A DNA stretch of 64,000 nt from Candidatus Acidiferrales bacterium (GTDB lineage Bacteria > Acidobacteriota > Terriglobia > Acidiferrales > UBA7541), in assembly GCA_963842585.1 (NCBI GenBank), contig CAWJHG010000005.1, positions 285,652 through 349,651 of the forward strand. Direction: 5' to 3'. Both the position numbers and the translations under genes were made by a program. This document shows positions 17,033 through 26,938 of this stretch, piece by piece. Positions within the stretch are counted from its first letter, which is position 1. Each line of letters opens with the position of its first letter. A model generated the notes under the pieces. The model searched no databases, had not been told where the DNA came from, and saw only the letters and a list, made by a program, of their open reading frames with translations.

Positions 17033-19179
17033 AAGGTAAATCATTGAACCCCTCAGCCCCAATGAGCACTCCGTCTGCGGCCTTGTCCCTGATCTCCGAT
17101 TCTTTCCGAATCCATCCCGGTAGCCCGCTCCCGTTGGGGTCGATGGTGCAGCGCGGGGGAGTGCATTTTGCCGTCGTCTCCGAGAGTGCCACATCGGCCA
17201 CCCTGGTGCTTTTCCATCCGGACGAGGACGAACCGGCGATGGAATTCCCTCTGGATCCGGTCCTTAACCGAACCGGAAATATCTGGCATGCCTTCCTTGA
17301 AGGGCTCGACCCGGGGATTGATTACGGATTTCGGTTTGATCGGTTTCCGAACGAAGCTCCCCAGCGCTTTCGATTTGATCACCGGCGGGTGCTGATCGAT
17401 CCTTATGCCCTGGCGACCAGTCGAAACTGGCGATGGGGAAGGAAGTCGGGAAAGCGCTCGCTGCGTTCCGTCGTCGTCGATAACACCTTCGACTGGGGCC
17501 TGGACCGCGCACTCAACATTCCGCTGGCGAACTCCGTAATCTACGAGGTACATGTCCGCGCTTTCACCCGGCATTGCTCATCGCGCGTCGCTCACCCCGG
17601 TACGTTTGCGGGATTGGCAGAAAAAATTCCATATCTCAAGGAACTGGGAGTCACGGCGGTCGAGCTCATGCCGGTCTGCGAATTCGATGAATCGGAAACC
17701 GACCGGCTGGACCCGCGAACGGGAGAGCCACTCCTCAATCTATGGGGTTATCATCCGCTCTCTTTTTTTGCACCGAACGCCGCCTATTCCGTGGAGGCGA
17801 CCGGACGCAAGGCCATTCACGAACTGAAAGAGATGATCAGGTCTTTCCATGCGGCGGGAATGGAAGTCATTCTCGATGTGGTTTTCAACCATACCGGAGA
17901 AGGGAACCTCAATGGCCCGACGGTCAATTTTCGGGGCATCGACAATCCGACGTACTACATGCTGCAGTCCGGTTCCGGGTCCTATCTTGATTTCACCGGG
18001 TGCGGAAACACGCTGAACTGCTCCCACTCGGTGGTTCGCGAGATGGTCCTCGATGTGCTCAAGCATTGGGTTGCCGAATACCATGTTGATGGATTTCGTT
18101 TTGATCTGGCCTCTGCCCTGGGCCGCGGCCCGAATGGGGAAGTGCTCTCGAACCCGCCGATTCTCGAGCGCATCGTTTCCGATCCCTGCCTCGCTGACGT
18201 CAAACTGATTGCCGAGGCTTGGGACGCGGGCGGACTGTATCAGGTCGGAAATTTCCCGGCATACGGAAGGTGGGCGGAGTGGAACGGAAAGTATCGCGAT
18301 GATGTCCGGCGATTTGTAAAGGGCGATCCCGGCATGGTTCCCCGCCTGGCCGCACGTTTGATGGGCAGCCCTGATCTCTATCAAAACACCGCAAGACAGC
18401 CGTTCCACAGCATCAATTTCGTGACCTGCCATGACGGCTTCACACTCGCTGACCTGGTGTCTTATCAGGAGAAACACAACGAATCGAACGGCGAATCGAA
18501 TCGGGACGGTTGTTCGGATAACCACAGCTGGAACTGCGGGGTGGAAGGTCCGACGGAGGACCCCGCTGTCGACAAACTCCGCGGCCGGCAGATCCGCAAC
18601 ATGGCGGCGCTCTTGCTGCTGTCTCACGGGGTTCCTATGCTCTTGTATGGCGATGAGGTCGGGCGATCGCAAGAAGGGAACAACAACGCTTACTGCCAGG
18701 ACAACGAGTTGACCTGGATGGACTGGGCCTGGGATGAAAAGCAGCAAGACCTTTTCCGCTTCTTCAAGAACCTGATCGCCTTCCGGCGTAAGCACCCGGT
18801 CTTGCGCAGCGAGCAGTTCGGCTCCAATTCGTCGAAACGCCAGCTCAACATGGATTGGCATGGAACCCATCTTTATCAGGCTGACTTTGCTCCCGACTCC
18901 CATTCGCTGGCCCTTCATCTGTACTGGTCGGGCTCACTCTCTCTTGCCGACCATGTCTTCCTGATCGCCAACTCCTTCTGGGGAGAGCTGAGTTTCGAAT
19001 TGCCAAAGATTGACGGATTTGTATGGTCGCGTTTTCTCGATACCGGCCTCGAACCGCCGAACGAGATTTGCGCCCCCGGACAGGAGCTGGCCATTGAAAG
19101 TCAGGTTTCATACTCTGCCGGGCCCCGTTCCGTTGTCGTGCTGATCGGCAATCCGTCGATGAAAGAAAACGGACCATGA
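17029..19179 (+). CDS. glgX: glycogen debranching enzyme (isoamylase-type, GH13)
   Basis: DGFRFDLAS, AEAWD and FVTCHDGFTLADL are GH13 catalytic regions. The N-terminal CBM48-like region is GVHFAVVSESATSATLVLF. GTG 17029 overlaps the glgP stop. An alternative ATG lies at 17062. Confidence 0.9.
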   Translation: MKGKSLNPSAPMSTPSAALSLISDSFRIHPGSPLPLGSMVQRGGVHFAVVSESATSATLVLFHPDEDEPAMEFPLDPVLNRTGNIWHAFLEGLDPGIDYGFRFDRFPNEAPQRFRFDHRRVLIDPYALATSRNWRWGRKSGKRSLRSVVVDNTFDWGLDRALNIPLANSVIYEVHVRAFTRHCSSRVAHPGTFAGLAEKIPYLKELGVTAVELMPVCEFDESETDRLDPRTGEPLLNLWGYHPLSFFAPNAAYSVEATGRKAIHELKEMIRSFHAAGMEVILDVVFNHTGEGNLNGPTVNFRGIDNPTYYMLQSGSGSYLDFTGCGNTLNCSHSVVREMVLDVLKHWVAEYHVDGFRFDLASALGRGPNGEVLSNPPILERIVSDPCLADVKLIAEAWDAGGLYQVGNFPAYGRWAEWNGKYRDDVRRFVKGDPGMVPRLAARLMGSPDLYQNTARQPFHSINFVTCHDGFTLADLVSYQEKHNESNGESNRDGCSDNHSWNCGVEGPTEDPAVDKLRGRQIRNMAALLLLSHGVPMLLYGDEVGRSQEGNNNAYCQDNELTWMDWAWDEKQQDLFRFFKNLIAFRRKHPVLRSEQFGSNSSKRQLNMDWHGTHLYQADFAPDSHSLALHLYWSGSLSLADHVFLIANSFWGELSFELPKIDGFVWSRFLDTGLEPPNEICAPGQELAIESQVSYSAGPRSVVVLIGNPSMKENGP

Positions 19180-20492
19180 AAATACTCCAGACTCCCCACG
19201 CATACGACGCCCAGGCAAAGCTGCTGCAAAGCAGCGAACCGGAGGCGGATGTTGCCTCCCTGTCGCCTAGAGAAACTCCGAAGCCGGAAATCCTTGTCGT
19301 GGATGACAGTCCGGTGCAGCGTGCCCTGCTCGGTCAACTGCTGCGATCCTGCGGACACCCTGTTGTTGAAGCGATCAACGGTGTTGAAGCGCTGAAGCTC
19401 ATCGGGGAGCGAAGAATTCGGATTGTATTTACAGACTGGGTCATGCCGGAAATGACCGGTATCGAACTCATCGAGCGGATCCGCGACGGAAATCTGGGAT
19501 TCTATGTATACGTCATACTCTGCAGCAGCAAGAATTCAAAGACCGACGTCATCGCAGGCATCCGCAAGGGCGCGGACGATTTTCTGACCAAACCTGCGAT
19601 TCCCGAGGAACTGCTGGCCCGACTTCATGCGGGAGAACGGGTCATCGAACTGCAGAACCGGATTGCCAAAGAGGAGGATAAAGTCGCCCAGGCCTATGCC
19701 TCACTTTCGAAAGCGCACAACAAATTGCGATCCGATCTTGATGCCGCCGCGGAGCTGCAGCTCAGCCTGCTCCCCCATCCTGCACTTCTGGACCAAGTTC
19801 AGTTCGACTGGGTGTTCCGGCCTACCAACGAGGTCGCCGGCGACATCTTTAACGTCTTTCCTCTCGACCCGCAGCACATCGGGTTCTATCAACTGGACGT
19901 CTCCGGACACGGAGTCCCCGCTGCGATGCTTTCCTTTTATTTGAGCAAAATCCTTCAGGGCGCTCCGGTGCGCGACTCTTTCTTGAAACGTGCGCTCCGG
20001 GAAGAGCCGTTTTACAAGATCGTGCCGCCGAACGAAGTCGTGAGTGAGCTGAACCGGAAGTTTCAGAACGACGGCGACATGTTTTTCACCATGATTTACG
20101 GGATCCTGAACACCAAGTCGGGGAAGCTCCAATTCACCCAAGCGGGCCATCCGAACCCGATTCTTTCGCGCGCGGATGGTTCGACCGTGCTGATCGGTGG
20201 CACGGGCTTTCCGGTCGGCGCGCTGCCGAACGTGGAATTCGATCTGGTCGAAGAGCAGTTAAATCCCGGGGACCGGCTGATCATTTATTCCGACGGAATC
20301 ACCGAGTGCCGGAATGAGCGCAAGGAACAGTTCGGTTCGGAACGCATGAGGGAATGCGTCGAGAACACTGCGAACCAGCAACTGGAAGAGTTTGTCCGGG
20401 CATTTGTGGGCAAACTGGTCGACTGGCGGGGTCGCGACGAATTTGACGATGATATCTCGTTACTGGCCATGGGGTATACGGCTGCAGGGTGA
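19176..20492 (+). CDS. response-regulator receiver domain fused to PP2C/SpoIIE-family serine phosphatase
   Basis: REC domain: ILVVDDSP...FTDWVMPEMTG...FLTKP. SpoIIE domain: VAGDIFNVFPL...QLDVSGHGVPAAMLS...YSDGITE. The ATG overlaps the glgX stop (ATGA 19176-19179). Confidence 0.9.
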   Translation: MKILQTPHAYDAQAKLLQSSEPEADVASLSPRETPKPEILVVDDSPVQRALLGQLLRSCGHPVVEAINGVEALKLIGERRIRIVFTDWVMPEMTGIELIERIRDGNLGFYVYVILCSSKNSKTDVIAGIRKGADDFLTKPAIPEELLARLHAGERVIELQNRIAKEEDKVAQAYASLSKAHNKLRSDLDAAAELQLSLLPHPALLDQVQFDWVFRPTNEVAGDIFNVFPLDPQHIGFYQLDVSGHGVPAAMLSFYLSKILQGAPVRDSFLKRALREEPFYKIVPPNEVVSELNRKFQNDGDMFFTMIYGILNTKSGKLQFTQAGHPNPILSRADGSTVLIGGTGFPVGALPNVEFDLVEEQLNPGDRLIIYSDGITECRNERKEQFGSERMRECVENTANQQLEEFVRAFVGKLVDWRGRDEFDDDISLLAMGYTAAG

Positions 20493-20565
20493 ACTGCGAA
20501 GGACGGTCGTATTGACCGCCGCATGAAGGGGACCGCTCGATAAGAATCGTCTTGAGGAGAAAGTT

Positions 20566-20901
20566 ATGAAAATTCGGACCGAATCAAAAGGCCGCTACCT
20601 CGTGGTAACCATTCTCGAGGAACGCCTGGGAGCAGATCGGGCATTGAGCTTCAAAGAGTCCATGAGCAAACTCATGGATCAAGGCCACAGCGCTTTTGTG
20701 TTCGATCTTACCGCGGTGAGCTTTATCGACAGTTCGGGACTGGGGGCAATCCTCGCGACGGCAAAGCGCCTGGGACGAAGTGGTGAAATCCTCGTCGCCG
20801 GAGCCTCGGAAACCGTGAGCACCATGTTCAAACTCACCCGCATGGATCGGATTTTCCCCCTGTTTCCCACGGTGGAAGAAGCCCTCTCGGCCCGGGTGTG
20901 A
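20566..20901 (+). CDS. STAS-domain anti-sigma-factor antagonist (SpoIIAA/RsbV-like)
   Basis: 111 aa. Conserved phosphorylatable-serine motif FIDSSGLGAIL. RBS GAGGAG precedes the ATG. Confidence 0.85.
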   Translation: MKIRTESKGRYLVVTILEERLGADRALSFKESMSKLMDQGHSAFVFDLTAVSFIDSSGLGAILATAKRLGRSGEILVAGASETVSTMFKLTRMDRIFPLFPTVEEALSARV

Positions 20902-20921
20902 GAGAAGTACCTGGCGGAAGA

Positions 20922-21380
20922 ATGAATTTGCCCCGAATGACCGTTGTGGTGGAGAGCCGGCTGGAAAGCGTGGTCCTGGCCTCCCTGCTGCTAAAGGTAT
21001 TTTGCGAGCGGGTCGGGGCTTCACAGGAAGAAAGCCGGCAGATCGAACTGTGCGCCGTCGAAGCCCTGAACAATGCTGTCATCCATGCCTATCAGCTTCA
21101 GCCCGGACATCCGGTCGAGCTGCACGCCTCAGGAAGTGGCTTCGAAATCATCCTCGAAATCCGTGATTGCGGAGTCACCATGCCCTCGTCGGAACTGAAG
21201 CGCAGCCGAATGGATCTCGAGGGCACCGAGTCTGAGGACATGGAGAACATCTCTGAGAACGGTCGAGGTCTGGCCATCATAAAATCCGTCATGGATTCGC
21301 TCGACTACAGCACGCTCGACGGAACCAATCGGCTTCTGATGACCAAACGGGTGAGCCAGCCGGTCGGGGAAGAAAAGTGA
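20922..21380 (+). CDS. anti-sigma regulatory factor, serine-protein kinase (RsbW/SpoIIAB-like HATPase)
   Basis: N-box EALNNAVIHA and G-box ENGRGLAIIKSVMD. ATG 20922 follows GGAAG. An alternative GTG at 20898 overlaps the STAS stop. Confidence 0.8.
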   Translation: MNLPRMTVVVESRLESVVLASLLLKVFCERVGASQEESRQIELCAVEALNNAVIHAYQLQPGHPVELHASGSGFEIILEIRDCGVTMPSSELKRSRMDLEGTESEDMENISENGRGLAIIKSVMDSLDYSTLDGTNRLLMTKRVSQPVGEEK

Positions 21381-22192
21381 CCTCTTCCGCTCCCTCTCTG
21401 GACCGAAGGTCCGATCGTGCCCTCTCGCCCGTCCGAGCGAAGGGCTTCAGTCTCGCCGACCTGCACATGCATACCACGGCAAGTGACGGCACCATGTCGC
21501 CGCAGGCGGTTGTCAACGCAGTGCTCCTTTCGCAAATCACTTTGCCGGAGCCGTTCGTGCGCGTGATTGCCATCACCGATCACGACACCATCGCCGGAGC
21601 GATCACGGCGCACCACTATCTGGCCACCTACCATGAAGATGCCGAGCTTGAGATCATCATCGGAGCGGAAATCAGTTCCGCCGATGGCCACATCCTCGCG
21701 TTGAATATTCGGAGGGATATCCCGGCTGACCGGCCGGCGGCGGAAACGATCGCTGCGATCCATGACGCTGGCGGGATCGCCATCGCCGCCCATCCTTATG
21801 CATACATTCCGTTCCTGAAAGGCCTGAAAGGGATCAAGGGGCTGATCGTCGACCCGCTGGTCGGTAACAGCCTGGACGCGATTGAGATTTGCAACGCCAA
21901 TCCGACAGAACTCGTGAATAACCATTTCACACGTTGGATCAATCGCAGGAACCTGCGACGCCCGGAAGTCGGCGGAAGCGACTCGCATTTCCATTCCGCG
22001 ATCGGACGGGCCGGCACCCTTTTCCCGGGTGTCACTGCCGAAGACCTTCTCTTGTCCATCCAGAACGGAACTGCCCGTGCCGTGGGCTCCGTTTATGGTC
22101 TCTCTGCAATCTTTGAGTACGCACGGGATCGGCTCGCCTGGAAGAGATTCTGCTCGGAAGACTCCATAAAAAGGACTTTCCACGACTGGTGA
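21377..22192 (+). CDS. PHP-domain metal-dependent phosphoesterase
   Basis: ADLHMHTTASDG...ITDHDTIAG...AHPY...GGSDSH are PHP motifs. The GTG start overlaps the stop of the kinase gene. Confidence 0.8.
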   Translation: MTSSAPSLDRRSDRALSPVRAKGFSLADLHMHTTASDGTMSPQAVVNAVLLSQITLPEPFVRVIAITDHDTIAGAITAHHYLATYHEDAELEIIIGAEISSADGHILALNIRRDIPADRPAAETIAAIHDAGGIAIAAHPYAYIPFLKGLKGIKGLIVDPLVGNSLDAIEICNANPTELVNNHFTRWINRRNLRRPEVGGSDSHFHSAIGRAGTLFPGVTAEDLLLSIQNGTARAVGSVYGLSAIFEYARDRLAWKRFCSEDSIKRTFHDW

Positions 22193-22344
22193 GCTCTTGG
22201 GTTACGGGCTCAGGTCAAGCTCCCGGAGGTCGACGGTACGACCGCGCGACAACCCCATGTCCTCCGTATTCGTCAGCTCCCAACAACGGATCCCCCGGAC
22301 GGTTCGCTCTCGTGTATAGTTCTTCCTCGAGCGGGAGGCCTTCG

Positions 22345-22968
22345 ATGAAAAATAATCGGTTTGATCCGAGAGTCGACGCCTATATCGAAAAGGCTGCTCC
22401 TTTTGCACGGCCCGTTCTGATCCATCTGCGGAAGCTGATGCATCAAGCCTGTCCGACGCTGACAGAGTCCATAAAGTGGCGGATGCCATTTTTTCTAGAG
22501 CAGGGAATCGTCCTGGCCAACATGGCGGCATTCAAACAGCATTGCAGTTTCGGTTTCTGGGGCCCCGAGATGAAGACGGTGCTGGCGGAGGACGGACTCG
22601 ATTCCGGAAACGCCAGGGGCTCGCTTGACCGGATCACGGATCTCGGCAGTCTGCCCTCCGATAAAACTCTTTTGGCGCATATGCGCCTGGCGGCCGAGCT
22701 GGTTGATAGCGGCCAGCGCACCAAATCAATCGATCGGTCTTCAAAAAAGCGCCGGCCGGTGACACCGATTCCGAGAGAGCTGGCCGCAGGGTTGAGCGGG
22801 AATCAGATCGCACTCAAGACATTCGAGAAGTTTAGTGCCAGCAGTCGCGGTGAATATGCGGAATGGATCTCCGAAGCCAAGCGCGCTCGGACCAAGAAGC
22901 AACGAGTCGAACAAGCCGTGGAATGGATTGCTCAAGGGAAGACCCGCTATTGGAAGTACCAGCGGTGA
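22345..22968 (+). CDS. DUF1801 (YdhG-like) plus YdeI/OmpD-associated domain protein
   Basis: ATG 22345 follows GGGAGG. VDAYIEKAAPFARPVLIHLRKLMH...ESIKWRMPFF is DUF1801-like. The C-terminus YAEWISEAKRARTKKQRVEQAVEWI is YdeI-like. Confidence 0.7.
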   Translation: MKNNRFDPRVDAYIEKAAPFARPVLIHLRKLMHQACPTLTESIKWRMPFFLEQGIVLANMAAFKQHCSFGFWGPEMKTVLAEDGLDSGNARGSLDRITDLGSLPSDKTLLAHMRLAAELVDSGQRTKSIDRSSKKRRPVTPIPRELAAGLSGNQIALKTFEKFSASSRGEYAEWISEAKRARTKKQRVEQAVEWIAQGKTRYWKYQR

Positions 22969-23171
22969 GTCGAAAAGCGAAGCGCTATCCCCGCGCCGGA
23001 GGGGGAGTTCCCTCTGGGAGGAATGGGAATTGAACACACCTCGCCGTACTCGAGATTGGGCGCCCTTTGATCCTTCGTTAGTCCCGACTTCGGCATCCGC
23101 CAGACCGCACCCGCCGTCACCCGAGCAGCCACGGCGGAGACGAACGGGCCGGGATTGATCTCCTGTCACCC

Positions 23172-25946
23172 CTAATGAACCGTTTCGTGAACGGGCTTGC
23201 CATCCAAATCGAGCACTACGACTGGACCGAGATGAAGCTCCCGTAGGCCCGACTCGATGGTCCTTCGGTCGCCCACGACCAAGAGCGCTGCCTTGTTGGG
23301 ATCGGCGTAACGCGCGACGGCAGCTCTCACTGCGGCGAGCGCAGTCCGCTGCACTCCTTCGGACTCGCCTCCCAGAGCAGACAGGGGAAGATGCCAGCTC
23401 CAGAGCAGCCCCATTTGCGAGACAACTCCCCCGGTTGTCTCGAGTGTAGAGGCGGATTGCTGCAGGTCGGCTTTTTTGGCGGTTCTCATCTCGAGCTCGG
23501 AGATAGGCTGGTCCTGGAGCAGACGCAACTGCCTGACCAGTTCAACGACCGACTCTTTTGTTTTGTCCGTCTCGACAGCTCCCGTAGCTGTCCAGGCCCC
23601 ATAGAAAGACAGAACGCCCATGGTGGTATGGAATCCGTATGTGTAGCCCTTTTTCTCGCGTAGCGTGCCGCTGAGCCGCGAGTCCCACATGGCCCCCCAC
23701 ACATTGTTTGCGATCGAAATCGCAAAGCGATCTGGGGAATTTGCACCTACCGACGGGAGGATTTGTGTGAGCACCGTTTGCGGGGCGTTGGGGTGATCAA
23801 TCAGGTAGATGCGCCCTCCGCCCGCATCATTCGGGGGCGGAATCTCCGGCAACACCGGTGCCGTGCCGGACCAGGAGCCGAGATAGTCCTGAGCTAAGGA
23901 AAGGGCTCGCTCCAAGGAGATGTTGCCGGCAAAAAAGAGGGCGGAATCGTCCGGTTTCCAATACGTGGCATAAAACGCGCGCAAATCCTCGCGCTGTATG
24001 TTTTGCAACCCAGTAGACAGCGCGACAGGGCGGCCATACGGGTGGTTGCGACCGAAAACAAGGGACGGGGCCACATTTTCAGCGATGGCACTGGCATCTG
24101 TTTTCGCGTCCGCGAGAGAGTCTTGAAACTGCCCCCTATTGGTGTCGAAGCTGTACTGCTTGAACGCCGGATGCAGGATCACATCCGCAAAGACGGCAAA
24201 CGCCGGCTCCACATTCTCCGACAACACTTCAAAGCCGAGACCGGCCGCTTCTCTACTCACGCTGGACTCGATGGTGGATCCGCCGGCGGATTCCATGCCG
24301 TCCCGGACTTGGGTACCACTGCGAGTGGACGTTCCGTTGACCATGGTCGCGACGGTCAACATGGCCAGACCTTCCTTGTCCTGGGGATCGCGCATGGTGC
24401 CTGCTCGGGTAGTCAGGAGGACCGAAAGCTTCGGAATACCCCCGCGCTGGACGACAAAGACTTCAAGCCCATTAGGCAATCTGGCCGATTCGACCCTTGG
24501 CGCACGCAGGGGAGGGTCCTCGTGGATCTGCGGTACCACGGACCGATCGAGGGTAGACGCGTTCTCCTGCTGAGCCAAATCCGGATGAATGCGCACAACC
24601 ACGCGTTGCTTGCAGTCGAGGTATTGGCGCACGGAGGAAGCAACCTCCTCAGGGGTCGTCGCTTGCTTCTGCCTCCAGCTCACCGCGTAATAGGCAGGAT
24701 CCGCTGCGAGGGTATTCCCTCGATTGAGCGTTTCCGCGACGGACTGCAGAGTATCGAACTGCGAAAGCTCCGCAAACTCCACCCGACGTTTGGTCTGCTC
24801 GAGCTCATCAGGGCCGGGCCCATCCTTTGCAAGGACTGCAATCTCGGCGTCCACTTTCTGTTCGATCTCACCAAGCGATGCTCCTGGGCGCGCGCTGACC
24901 ATGACGGTGAAGACTGAGGAATCTTCCTGTGCCGTCACATCCACCGAAGTGTCGGAGCAGAGCGGCTTCTCTGCGTAGACCAGAGCTGCCTTCAACCGCC
25001 GGTTGAGAAGGCGTGCCGCCAGTTCGAGCCGGCTGTTCTCGGACGATCGATAGGGTGGGGTAATCCAGGCTAGATAGGTGCGCTCTTCCGCCACATGAGC
25101 CTGGGCTTCGATCACCTTCTCGCTGTCGAGATGCGGGACCCAACTTGCCGGACGCGCGATTGCAAGAGCCGGAGGAATGGGCCCGAAATATTTTTCAACC
25201 CACTTCTTCGTCAGCGGAACGTCGAAATCACCTACGATCGCCAGGGAAAGATTGTTTGGCGCGTAGAACGTCGAGAAGAACTCCTTTACTTCTAGAAGGG
25301 TGGCCGCGCGAACATGATCGTGGCTTCCTAATACGGAATGCGCGTAGGGATACCCGGCGGGGTAGAGATTCTCGGCGAGCAGAATCCCGCTCAGACCATA
25401 GGGCTGGTTTTCCACTCGCTCGCGTCGCTCGTTTTCAACTACAGCCTTCTGGTTGTCGAGCCTCTCCTGGCTGAGCGCCTCTGAAAGCGTTGCTAGGCGG
25501 TCCGATTCGAGCCAAAGAGCGTATTCGAGACTGCCGGTCGGAACGGTCTCAAAAAAGTCGGTCAAGTCCTGGGTCGTGTATGCATTCGTGACGCCGCCTG
25601 CGGCTTCGATAAGCGTGGCATAGTGCCCCTTTGCATTCTTGGACCCCTCAAACATCATGTGCTCGAACAAGTGGGCGAACCCGCTGCGGTCAGGGGGTTC
25701 ATTCTTCGAACCCACATGATAGGCGAGGTTCACATGGACCTTGGGAATACGTGGATCGGGGACGAGGATCACCTGCAAACCGTTTTGCAGAACATACTTC
25801 TCGTAGTTGATGCGAGGATCAGGCACGGAGTGGGTGGCCGCGGAAACTGCCGGCGCCTGCGTCTGCCGAGTGATCGATGCTGCCCGAAAATTGCCGGTCA
25901 AGAACGCCAGACAGAACAGTGCTATCCAGCGCCTTCTAGCTTTCAC
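23172..25946 (-). CDS. secreted two-unit M16-family (pitrilysin/insulinase-like) zinc peptidase
   Basis: Inverted zinc motif HLFEHMMFEGSKN, plus a second inactive-type M16 half. The likely GTG start at 25946 (after GGGAG) gives the signal peptide KARRRWIALFCLAFL. The track ORF extends to TTG 26036. Confidence 0.9.
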   Translation of the reverse strand: MKARRRWIALFCLAFLTGNFRAASITRQTQAPAVSAATHSVPDPRINYEKYVLQNGLQVILVPDPRIPKVHVNLAYHVGSKNEPPDRSGFAHLFEHMMFEGSKNAKGHYATLIEAAGGVTNAYTTQDLTDFFETVPTGSLEYALWLESDRLATLSEALSQERLDNQKAVVENERRERVENQPYGLSGILLAENLYPAGYPYAHSVLGSHDHVRAATLLEVKEFFSTFYAPNNLSLAIVGDFDVPLTKKWVEKYFGPIPPALAIARPASWVPHLDSEKVIEAQAHVAEERTYLAWITPPYRSSENSRLELAARLLNRRLKAALVYAEKPLCSDTSVDVTAQEDSSVFTVMVSARPGASLGEIEQKVDAEIAVLAKDGPGPDELEQTKRRVEFAELSQFDTLQSVAETLNRGNTLAADPAYYAVSWRQKQATTPEEVASSVRQYLDCKQRVVVRIHPDLAQQENASTLDRSVVPQIHEDPPLRAPRVESARLPNGLEVFVVQRGGIPKLSVLLTTRAGTMRDPQDKEGLAMLTVATMVNGTSTRSGTQVRDGMESAGGSTIESSVSREAAGLGFEVLSENVEPAFAVFADVILHPAFKQYSFDTNRGQFQDSLADAKTDASAIAENVAPSLVFGRNHPYGRPVALSTGLQNIQREDLRAFYATYWKPDDSALFFAGNISLERALSLAQDYLGSWSGTAPVLPEIPPPNDAGGGRIYLIDHPNAPQTVLTQILPSVGANSPDRFAISIANNVWGAMWDSRLSGTLREKKGYTYGFHTTMGVLSFYGAWTATGAVETDKTKESVVELVRQLRLLQDQPISELEMRTAKKADLQQSASTLETTGGVVSQMGLLWSWHLPLSALGGESEGVQRTALAAVRAAVARYADPNKAALLVVGDRRTIESGLRELHLGPVVVLDLDGKPVHETVH

Positions 25947-26171
25947 GCCGTAACTCCCGCCGGTCGACTTATGCCGCTGCTTGCGCTCGGGATACTCATC
26001 ATGTTGAAACTTTCTTGGTCCGCTGGTTGTGGTCAATCAGGTTCATTCCAGCCTTGCGGGATTGGCTCGGCAGATTATCATTCAGCGCCGCAATTTGCAC
26101 ACGGAACCTGCGCCCAGTCCCGCCCCGTCAGACAGGTGATTGCCATTACCCACTCAGGATGTTGAGGGGCC

Positions 26172-26564
26172 TCAGGCTTGTTCTGCGACCACACCACGGG
26201 GTGTCAAAACAGCCAGAAGAGCTGCCACGATAATGAGTGCAGGAACGTCCCCCAAAAGGTGGCCGTGTTCGGCAGGGGCATTGAACGCTTGTACGGCCAT
26301 TATGCCCGCATGAACAAGACTCGACCAAACGGTGAACCAGATCAAGCTCCGGTGTTGCAGCGGGTTTCGAGAAGCAAGGAGCAGAAACACGCCAAGAGTC
26401 GCATAGACGCCGAGGATCATTTGTTCGTACTCGGGTTGGTTCGGCTGCCACCGCCAACCCGAAGGCCACCAGGCCATCATGAGAGGATATACCCCGAAAA
26501 CAAAAATCAGACCAACGAGGATCAAGGCTAGTCGGAGATAGCGTAGTCGCGTCGCAACGTTCAT
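26172..26564 (-). CDS. small integral membrane protein (hypothetical)
   Basis: 130 aa with four predicted hydrophobic helices (LALILVGLIFVFGVYPLMMAWW, ILGVYATLGVFLLLA, WFTVWSSLVHAGIMAV, VPALIIVAALLAVL). GGAGG lies upstream of the ATG. Confidence 0.6.
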   Translation of the reverse strand: MNVATRLRYLRLALILVGLIFVFGVYPLMMAWWPSGWRWQPNQPEYEQMILGVYATLGVFLLLASRNPLQHRSLIWFTVWSSLVHAGIMAVQAFNAPAEHGHLLGDVPALIIVAALLAVLTPRGVVAEQA

Positions 26565-26938
26565 CTATCACCTCCGCATATTGTTGTTGATGCCTAATCG
26601 GGCCTGAGCCGGGATGCTATCGTTTGCGTTGAAACAGGTCAACCTCAGATTTGTCGCCCGACCGGAAAAGTCGAGCACCGGCCAGGCACGGCTGGTTCCA
26701 ATAAATGAGGCATGTGCCGCTTTTTTATTACAAATTCAGAATTTCCTGAATGTTCGAGACGCGCGGTTCAGTCTGGCCTGCTTACTGGCCATGTTCAATC
26801 TTGGGTCACCCGGATTTGCATCGGTAATTCCTGGCGACTCCCCCCTGCTCTGGGCTGCAGTGGTGATCCAGTCACTTTGTGCGCGCGCCTAGGGGGAGCT
26901 CAACGCCTCGAAGCAGGTAGCCGCCTCCTCTTGACGCA

